Source of the DNA: Folioceros fuciformis | Lineage: Eukaryota | Assembly: GCA_049999805.1 (NCBI GenBank) | Contig: JBNGIO010006289.1 | Span: forward strand, 45,980 to 65,979 | Reading direction: 5' to 3' | DNA: 20,000 nucleotides | In this document: in pieces, positions 7,351-17,300 of the stretch | Numbering within the stretch: the stretch's first letter is position 1 | Layout of the letters: every line of letters starts with the position of its first letter | Notes under the pieces: model-generated | What the model was told of the DNA's origin: nothing | What the model saw: the letters and a program-made list of their open reading frames with translations, nothing else | Databases searched by the model: none | Translations under genes and position numbers: made by a program

Positions 7351-10300
7351 TCATTGGAAGGAAGCCTCGATCTCCTCTAATGTACGGCCCCTTGTCTCGG
7401 GCACAAACAGGGCCACGAACACCACAGTTAGCGCACACTCTCCTGCAAATATCCAGAAGGATCCCGCAGAGCTCCACTGCAACATGAAGTTGAACACCAT
7501 AGTTACAGTCCACGCTGCAAACCAATTCGCTAGCGTCGCCAAGCTCCCTGCCATACCCTTAACATTCGCTGGAAAGATTTCAGACATAACTATCCAAGGA
7601 ATAGCACCCATGCCCATCGAGAACGCAATGATGTACACCAGCAAGCTAGTCAATGCTAGAACGTTCACATAGATATCCATGTTCGAGGTTGCCATCATAG
7701 CCATCTGTCCCTGGAGCAAGAATCAGAACCCATGTCATCTGTTAGAAGTAAGGAACAGAGTAAGTGATTGCGGAAGACGAAAGTGATCAAAGGTGAGTCC
7801 ACACCTTCAAGTAGAACGAAAACCCCACAAGGAAGCAGCTCACAGCCATCCCACCAGCAGAGACCTGGCCAAGACCAATGCCAGCAGCTTAAACCAGAGG
7901 TGGCTAGAACAGTGGAGAAACAATTACCTTCAAGACGTCAGGTTGCAAAAAACAATGAACAAAGACTTGAACGATCACTTCGTCTCTCACCATGAGCAGG
8001 AGCCGCCGGCCCGCTTTGTCCATGATTCCTGCTGCTATCGCTGTCATGAATACCTGGAGAACCCCTATACCAAGCGAAGCAGCATTTGGGGAAGTGAATC
8101 CTGCAACCAAATGGATGCTACATCAGTCCAGTCGTGTGTCTTGATCCGCAGGTTTTGATAACAAACCTGCCACGTTCTGTATCAGCGCTAACTATACTCA
8201 GGTAGCATTCTTTGCAAGCATCCTGAATGTAAGCTGCGATGTAGTCGAAGAACTTTTCGTGTTCTGCTATCACAGATGGAGAAATAACCTTGATATAATT
8301 ACACGAGCAGAGTTCCTTCTTACCAACTGAACGGAAAATTTCACTGGCGTAGAACATGATGGCGTTGATTCCTCCGAATTGCTGGAGAAGTTGTAAACCA
8401 ACTCCGGCCTTACAGACACGGAACAAAACATGTTCGCTATTATCATTGTTTGCTCACTGCCATCCTTCATGCAGGAACATCACTGGAGGTCTATGTTTAG
8501 GTTGGAGTTTTTAGACGCTTACAAGAAGCGGACGAAAGAGACGTCGACTAAAAAGATCGGAAAATTGGGCTGGAGGCTGAGACTTTGCCTCCTCTGTAAC
8601 TTCCTGCAAAATCAAGGATCATCGATGAGCACACAGCTCTTACTTACCTCAGGATCATTCTGTGTTATCACCTGGCACTCATAATGCATCTAAGCCATGG
8701 GTGATGGGCGATTTCACTATCACAGCTTTAGCTACCTACGTGGTGCGGGATGACCTGCAACTCACTTTCATTTCTCTCAACTCGGATGACACATCGAAAC
8801 TAGCGCCTCGAAGCAATTGCAATGCAGACACCACCTCGCCATCCTCAGCACCTGATGTAACCTGTTCATGAAGCCCAGTTAGCTGCAAACCAAGGCATCC
8901 TCTCCACACCAATCATTTTCATGAAAGGACTGAAATCAACTCACCAGCCAGCGAGGAGACTCCGGAACGAAGAAAAGACCAATGAGCAGGAGTGTGCAAG
9001 GGATGATCCCTGGAGGTTATCAGCAAATGAGTGAAAGCGTCAATTGAAGTGCAGGGCCCTTTGCCTGATCCTGTGTAAAACGCTTGCACTCCCAAGGCTA
9101 TGCAGCAAACATGTATAAATCGGGTGCATAGTACACACCAGCCGCAGCAAGCTGTCGCCACTCCAGAAGGAGGCCACCCAAATAGGCCAATAGTATGCCC
9201 ACGGTGACTGCAAGCTGCGGCACCACAAAGCAATTGTACGAGAGTGAGATAACACTGCAGTGGGAGAGCTGGGGAACCATTTCAAGTCCAACCACATGTT
9301 GCGGAAAAGTACCTGATTGGTTGCCCCAAGACCGCCACGCAGGTGGATGGGAGCAATCTCAGCTATGTATATGGGTACCTGCACCAGCCCATGGATTGGT
9401 TCCAATGCAACAATGGAGTTGAACAGCGTCACAGGGCAAGCAATCGTGGAGATACTCACCGTGAAAGAAATAACTCCCACGCCGTAACCAATCAGAAGCC
9501 TTCCGATGTCAAGAGTGACGGCGTTCTGCGCCATGAACAAATAGGAAAGTAAGGTATCAGCAGGGCTTGCGGCCTCGAAATGGATCCGCAAAGCTGAGTT
9601 ACAACTGTCGACCCAGCTTTGTAAGCTGTCAGATAGACCATAGGGTATGAACAACGAGGACGAAAGCGTACCGAGGAGAAGACTGTTGCCACCCATCCCA
9701 ACAGATGTGGCAAAGACGCGACGACCAGGGCCTGCAGATTAGAAGGTACAAAATCCAACATCAATGGGGCGGGCGAAATGCAGTTGGCGGATAATTCGAT
9801 CGAACAAAGCCTCCAGACCGCGATTGATGGATGACAAGGGAAGCAAAATTCCATGAGGAGGAGAAACGGCATGTTACCTTTCTCCTCCCCAGTCGGTCAG
9901 CAATCTTGCCACTCGTGATGGCCCCCACCATCGCGCCGACGTTGACAAGAGAGCCATACAAGGAGAACTGCAGAGAGTAGCCCGGAAGTCAGCAAAACAG
10001 GCGAACCCAACAAGCAGGCTTCATCGCCAACGCAAACAACGCAGAGATGAAGAGCACCTCGGAGACAGTGAGGCGTAGATCACTGGTGATTGCTGCTTGG
10101 GTGGGGGACGAGTAGCCAAGCTGGAGCATAGAGTGTAACCATCAGTTCCGGCGGCCGACAGGACAAGATTACAATCCCGGTTTGCGTTTGCACCAAACCA
10201 GCGCTCACCGAAAATCCGAACGAGATGGGTCCTAGCGCCACGACAAGCGTACAGACGATCGCGAAAAAAGCTGACACGGATTCCGCAACATGCTTAGACT

Positions 10301-10412
10301 TCTTCCCACCAAGGGCACGGGCACGGACACGGCCACTCCCACTCCCACTCCCGCTGCTGAGAAGAGGCCGTCGCTGAGGGTCAATCGCACTCTCCACGTC
10401 CTTCACCGTCAT
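7351..10412 (-). CDS. ERD6-like (ERDL/ESL) MFS sugar-porter monosaccharide transporter, 14 exons, 493 aa, probably tonoplast-localised
   Basis: Minus-strand exons 10412-10209, 10120-10058, 9967-9878, 9731-9672, 9525-9460, 9378-9313, 9214-9139, 9009-8945, 8861-8766, 8603-8523, 8408-8324, 8100-7991, 7864-7805 and 7710-7351 total 1482 nt in frame, all GT-AG. Motifs: [102 protein letters not shown]. There is an N-terminal dileucine RRPLL. Confidence 0.95.
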
Positions 10413-11693
10413 GCTGCAGAATCTTCCACAGATCTGGTGTCCGAGGAAGAGGGCTACCCAAATTCCCAGGACCAACAGGACTCGGTGGGCGCCGGGCAGC
10501 TGCCACCCGCTCCTCACGCACTCGCAGTCAGCGCGGAGATCCCGGGACTGACGGACTCTGGGAGCGACAGTCCTGAAAGCGCAAGAGTGGGCAGGGGGAT
10601 TGCATTTACGCTAGTGGCGCGCGTCGGCTGGAGTCAATGATCACCGACACGGCCACAGGCGCAATTATGATCTCTCCCTCCCTCCTTCCCTCCCTCCAGC
10701 CCGGAATGTTCCTCCTCCACCCGTGAGCCAGACCTGTGGGCGGAAGCAAGCAAGTGGCTCGTGCTTGTTGAATGAGAGAACCGGTAGCTGAAACTGGGGG
10801 TTAAAAAGGAAGTCCCATAAGGCAGGTGCTGAGGTGGTCGGATGGCCTCTACCCTCCTTTTGCCTCCTGCCTCCTGCCCAAGTGTCGTCTCCGCCACCAG
10901 TTACCACGCCAAACCTCACTTGTGCCATGTACACCATACTTTGCAGGCAGTTATGTGTTTTACAGTGTTCTGTTGTTTGGTGTAGTGCAACTGCAACCCG
11001 CAGCGGCCGTGGCCTCCCCGGGCCCTGCGCTGCCCTGCCCTGCCCTGCCTCCTGGGCTCGAGTATAACTCCGGTGTGGCCCCGCCCCAGGCCACACTGTT
11101 CGGAGCTCCAGAGCCTCACCCTCTCACGTCTCTAGCATCGTCCTCCTCGGTCAACAGTCGGATTAGTGCATCATCCAGAGCTATTGTCCTCTGAGACATA
11201 AGTCCATCAGGGTGAACCCATCTGATCTGATCCGCTCCCATTGGATGATGATCAGCCAGTCCCATGACCCGAGGTGTCCACTGCCGGCCTTCCGTGACTG
11301 GACACGCACCACCCGGATCTTATTTCGTGGTATGTCCAATCCGATTGCCCCAAAGTTTAACACGTTCTGTACACTCTCCAGCCTGGTGCCTGGTCCCAAC
11401 CGACATGTGGCCCATTGTGTTGTCGGTCAAGGACTTCATTGGTGGCACCCTCCACCGATTTTTCACACAAAAATCTCACCCGGACCCGACCGGGACCTGA
11501 GGGCCCTTCACCATTCCACGAAAAAGGTTCCCCCCGAGTGCGACACACTCTCCAACTTAGCGTGTCCTCTGTCCTGCCCGGCGTGCTACGGTCATCCTAA
11601 AAGGACTCCTCTCCTCTCCTCCCCTCGCCTCCTCACCTCTCCTATGTGGCCAACATAATTTTATGGTGGCCATCCTCCTTGTATACCTATCCC

Positions 11694-11712
11694 ATATATA
11701 TATATATATATA
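11694..11712. repeat. (TA)n microsatellite, ~9 units
   Basis: ATATATATATATATATATA between CCC and CGTATC. Confidence 0.9.
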
Positions 11713-14282
11713 CGTATCTGTTCACATTATGGGAGCGTGCGTTCGTGGAAGACCCGCCAATAATTGTTACCCTCCCCACTAGCAAATAATAACTAGTACA
11801 CAGCTCCCACACTGAAAATAGCTTAATTTTTTAAAATAGTTAAATATGAAAACCGTAAACCTTAAATATTTACTAAATATTATATTTTTTTCAAATATAT
11901 AGAGACGAGAGAGAGTTCAAAATAACCTTAGAGCCATATTCATCTACTGATAAAGTCTCTATTAAACAAGTTCATAACATTGGAATTATTTTTCTCCATA
12001 TATTATATTAGAATATCGTGCTGCTGGCAATATATGCCCCGACTTCAACTTTCTCATGGTTCTTCATGTTTCCAAGAATGATATAGATACGGAAGGAAAA
12101 ATTAAAATATCCCGCGTCCTCTTCTTGCGATACATATGACTCGAGCTCGACAAAGCTCCTGAAAAACATGAAAACGAATGATTCAAAACATGTGGCAATC
12201 GTACGTAGTAACCAAGAAGAGCTAGCAAGGCATAGAAACAACATACAGAGACAAAGAACTAGAAGCCAAGTTCTGTTTGGTGATCTGGTGGATAGTGTTT
12301 TTCATGAGTATGACGGCACTCCCCACTAGGTGCCTGACTTTTATGTCCGTACCAGATGTTTGCCTACCAGGACTGGTGCGCCGCAGGACACCCACCTGCA
12401 CTTTAGGCATCCCAAATGAGCTGACCTCAGGATTCCCGTGCTCGTGAATATCAGGCTATCGGTCCATCAACTTGGAAACCATGTTAGAGAAAGTTGGCAG
12501 GTTGGGATTGAGAGTCTCGCCTGTCGTGAGCCTCGGGGCCAACTGTGTCCTCACGCTCCGTGACGTTGATCTCCTTGTCCGTCACTTCACTTGCTGGGAG
12601 ACGTTGGGACCTGTTGTGGACGCGCAGACTTGATGGCCAGATAACCTCCGAAGCTTGTTAGCAGACGCCAGTGTAGACGAAACAGAGCGGCAAGCCTGCG
12701 GTTTAAAAAATTTCAGAACTCTTGCTTGAAGGCGCGGTCTTTGATCGTCAGTACGCGACTCAACAGTAAGGGAGCTCAACCACAAGTTTTCCATCAAATC
12801 GGTTTCTGAGGATGGCAGTGGGGTTTCACGAGTCCATGTTTTCCTATCCATGAGATTGCAGCGTACCTCGAACCGGAGAAACCTCTGAATCGTGAGCGAC
12901 ACGGACACCTATGTCCAGCAGTCTCCAGTCTCGGAGTGGTGTACTTTGTGTGTCTGTCTCCAGCTAGGTGATGGTGACAGCAGTAAGCTCTTCCTCATTT
13001 GGAGGTCTTGTCACTCACCTCAACGATGGAAATGCAGGACCTGTTTTCTTGTGAAACCGTGCCACAGGACCTGCATTGTCCAAGAGAGCATTAAGGGCAT
13101 GGCAGCCTTGAGCGCTGGAGGTCACCAAAGGCCTCATATTCACGAGGCAGCCTTGGTACATCCTGCCAACCTGCACACCCTCATTTCCGAACTTGAGGCC
13201 TCAAGCCCTAAGCTTCCATTCTCGTGGCTGGCTGGAGCACGGATGATACACAAGCACAGCTACTTCTTTTTCGTCCGAGATGCTTAACACAGATTGCTAA
13301 GCACTGTTGAAGTCCCTATCCCACCACAGTACCCTGCAGATGTACCTGCGACATCACCGATGTCTGAAGAGATCGCACAGCTCCAGGGAAAAATGGCTAA
13401 GGTAAACACAGCATTCTTAGTCGCATCACGCATCAAAGAAACCCTAAGTGCCAAAATGCGTTGCGCACTGGCAGCGGGATTGGAATAGGGCCGAGGGGAG
13501 CTGGATTAGCACGGCACGTTAAAGATAGCAGGTCCGACTGGCCACGACTGCGCCGCTTTGCGTCGTCGTGCAGGCACGTCCATGGCGACCACCGCTCTCC
13601 CTAAAGCAATGTTGCGATTCCACAGCTCCTGCTCCTTGATGGTTAATTTACGAATACAAGTAGTATGGCACCCGAGATGGATCAAGATTCCTGCACACCG
13701 TCTGGTATCCCGATGGCACCAGAGAACAACGACCGCCGAGCCAGTCACCTGGCACAGCTCCATAGGCCAACTGGTGCACACGCAGAAGTGCGTGCAACTC
13801 GAGGGACCGGAAGTGCACAATTGAGACGGTGCACGCCCTGTGCATGTGCACGCGGACGCGGTGGCTCCTGTTGACCTTGTGCAGCACCACAGATGGTCTA
13901 GCTATGTGGTTGCCGGTGCTCATCATGCGGATCCATGTACAGCCGGGGCAGTTTGCAAGCATCTCTTGATGCTTCTGCACTGCCGGCTCTCGTCCCGTCT
14001 CGTTTCGTCTTGCCAGACGTTGCGGGTTCAGCAGAGAGATCACACAATCATCACCTTGAAATTGTCTGAATTCACCCTCCATCACCACTTGATGTAGAGA
14101 TCTGCATCAAATTCTGTTCGGTTAGATCCATCAATTCGCCGGCTGACATGCAGCGCTCTTCCTTTGCCTGGTGTGCAGATTAGGTTCGGTGTTCGGAGTT
14201 AAGGTTTCTGTACTGGGCTTGGAGTCTCATCGGGAAGGACAGTCTGCGAAGCAGCTCTCACTGGCCCCATCTAAAGACCAGC

Positions 14283-14300
14283 ATGGAAAGCTTGCGATAA
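14283..14300 (+). promoter_or_regulatory. Short in-frame upstream ORF (MESLR*) in the putative 5' UTR of the giant ORF
   Basis: ATG GAA AGC TTG CGA TAA ends 24 nt before the main ATG (14325). It lies downstream of a plausible splice acceptor (CTGAC branch 14143-14147; ...GTGTGCAG ending 14178). Confidence 0.45.
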
Positions 14301-14324
14301 CGGCGTTGCGGGAAAACACAAGCC

Positions 14325-17300
14325 ATGGAAGACGCTGGTAGCAAAGGGGCCAGGGCTGGTCACCGGGGAAGTTCCACGACCAAGGCAGCGTTAAGTCCAT
14401 CAAATTATGCTAGCGGTGATGAGGACGGCAAAGAGCTTGGCTATGTCAGCGGTGGTTCAAGCAACTGGTACGGCAAGCTCAAGGGCATGAGCAGCTCGTT
14501 GAAGAAACTTACTTTGTCCAAGAAGAAGCAGCCATCCGCGACGCAAGGTAGCCAAAGTCTGGCGCGGGCAATCAGCTTCAGCAACACCTCCAAGAGTGTG
14601 GATCACGGAAGGCCTAGTTCGAGCAGCAAGAAGGAGCTGGCCGCTACCAACCTCAAGGGCCTGGGCTCCAACTCCGTTGATCTCAGCTGCGGCATAGCAC
14701 GAGTCCCCTCTGCCGGTGCTGTTCCCTTGCCAAAGAGGAGGAACAGATCTCTAGAGGTTTCCCGGGACCAAGTCGCAAGAGCCGAAGACGCAGCTCCCGC
14801 CTTCTCCAAATCCAAGATTCCAATCGTGAAGTCCAATTTTGTGAAGGAGAGCAAGGAGAAAAAGGAGGATTTGGATGATCCCACTTTTGGGATCCATATG
14901 TACCAAAGGCTGGCTACCGCTTCTGACTCAGATGGGGACGTCACTGCTGGAACTCTGAATCCAGCCAGCAAAAGCGGGGAGTACGAATCATCCCTGGCAA
15001 ATCTGATGCTCATGGAACAGCTGGGGTGCGATTCACTGCTTCCAGATTTCTCCCCACAGAAGGACGAGCAAAACTCCAAATCCAAACCAGCAGGCGCCGA
15101 AGTCAAGAGGCATAATGTCATTGTCTCTGAACCAGCGAAGGAAATCCCAGCAGCGGGCCTCGGGGGGAAGAAGGAGGGGCTGACCGGTTCCGCACAGAAG
15201 CCGTCAAAGGAAGACAAAACTGGAGGGAGCGGGTGGCCGCTGAGAAGGATCACCGGTTCCGGCCCGCTGCTCTCGAACGGACGGAAGAAGGTTGCAGGTA
15301 ATGAGAAGAAGGCGACAGAGATTGCAAATTCAGGGATCAAGGGCAAAGGAGGTCCGGGGAAGAGCATGTCTGGAGAGCTCTTCACTCTGAAAGCGGCGAA
15401 GAAAGCCTCTGCGGATCCCGTAGTGCCTGCTAGGAAGTCTGTGAGCGACATGCCGGCTCGCAAATCCGCGTCCAAGGACGGCCCGAATGCTTCCAATAAG
15501 AAACCGCAGCCGGATGCCTCGGCCGGCAAGAGACCGGGTTCCGGATTGTTAGCCGACGCTCCGAGGAAACATCCTGTGGCAACTGTCACAAAGAAGGCTG
15601 CACCAGTTAGTGATTCCCCGGGCCCGGGCAGGAAGTCGACCGACTTGGGGTTAAGGAATGCGGGGCCCGGGAGGAAATCAGTTAGTAACAAGCTGGGGGG
15701 CTCAGCGTTGAGCGGCCAGGGCGAGGTAATCCGACAGGTAGGCGACTCGGCGTCGGGACAGGCTGAGAAGAAGAAGATAGCGGGTAGTAATGAAGATCCT
15801 GGAAGCATGTTGGAATTTCTGAAAGGAAGTGTAGATTTCTCAGCTCCGTATATTCCAGGTGCGGTCGTGTCGGAACGTGAGAAGGTCGATAGCTCGGCTG
15901 GTCTGCTGCATCCGGATTCCTTGTTTGATTCCTCTGGCTCTCCCACCTCTATTTTGACAGGATCCGGGGCCGGCGAATCTTTGATTGCAGCCTATGGTGA
16001 AAGTGTTGAGCCTGAGGAGGGTTTCGGAGTTGGTGAAGATGAGGACGATGAAAATGGGAGGTCCCCTCCCTCCGTTTCGGAAATCAGAATTTTGGGAATC
16101 TCGAGAGAATTAGATGGCAAGGGCGGAGGAAGCTTGGAGCAGACAGCGTTTACACCACAATCTCCCAAGAAATCCGTGCAGGATCTTATTCGAGAGCTAG
16201 AACGGAATGCTGCGCAAGCAGCGCCAGCAGGGCCTGCGAGGGCGCAGAAAGGCGCGTCCATTCCGGTCAAGGAGAGAGCCGGGACGGTAAATGCCTCAGA
16301 GGCGCAGCCACGCGCTGTTGAGGATGGTGCCGGGTTTGGTCAGAACGGTGACGATGGCAGCGTAGTGGTGGAAGAGAAGCTGGCTGTGTCCGACAGCCAT
16401 CACCAAGGGCAGTCGGTATTGCCCACTTTGGCAGGCGACACGGGAGGAGATGTGAACAATAGGGTGGCCGGGGCGAGGTTTGAATCCGATTCCATCACCA
16501 CGGAGACTTCTAAGGACGCGCTGAAAGTAGATCTAATGGAGCGGTTTGAGGAGCTCCATCACAAGCTCAAAATCGATCTTGATCCCAAGGTTGTGAAAGA
16601 CATCCATCGGACTTTCAACTTCGGATTGGTGCAAGCGGCGGCTGCAGCGAGTACAGGCGAGTCTGGGAGCAGCTGGAGCAAGCCGGCACAAGGGAATAGC
16701 GCGGATGGGAACAGGCGAAAGAAGCTGGTTGCACCACCCAAGGCTCTGGCAGCAGCAGCGCACGGCAAGAAAATCATGGAGGGGATAGCAGGACTCTCTA
16801 TCGCAAAGTCGGCGGCAGTCGCGCCGGCGCCAGAGGTGGCCATTGGAGAGGTGGCTTCCTCTTCAGTGGACATGGACAAGAGCAGCAGCTCCGGATCCTC
16901 AAATCCCATATTCCGCGAGACACTGCCTGCCGCTGTTGAGGATTGCGAATCGGAGAAAGATGAACTCCCTGTTCCGGCGATTGATCCAGTACTTCCAGTG
17001 CAGCCTCCTGAGCAGCCGAGGTCTAGCGTTGAATCCACCATGGACGTGAGGGTGCTGAGCAGCACAGCTTCCACCAAGATGCTGACGAGCCGGAATATGC
17101 ACAAAGTGGCTGCGCTGCTGAAGGAGCGCGGTGACCGCAGAGCAGCTCCCCGGCCGGACCCTGGAGATGAAGCGTCTTCAGAAGCGGACTCAGCCCGATT
17201 CCAGGACCTGCCCCGGTCCAGCATCGAGTCTGAAGTGAAGGCGCTGAGCAGCACGTCGTCCAACAAGATACTGACGGCCAAGAATTTCCAGAGGGTGGCT

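Noticed and set aside
10634..11658. Several overlapping 60-150 aa ORFs upstream of the transporter
   Set aside because: This is GC-rich, low-complexity promoter-like DNA with (CCCT)n and (GCCCT)n tracts. The ORFs show no recognisable protein motifs.
12168..12329. 53-codon plus-strand ORF (MKTNDSKHVAIV...)
   Set aside because: It is short, has no recognisable motif, and lies in A-rich sequence that looks like a 3' UTR on the opposite strand.
14603..15946. 447-aa minus-strand ORF (and other antisense ORFs at 15992-16270, 16559-17311, etc.)
   Set aside because: These are antisense shadows of the giant + strand ORF. They have no motifs and their composition mirrors the sense codons.
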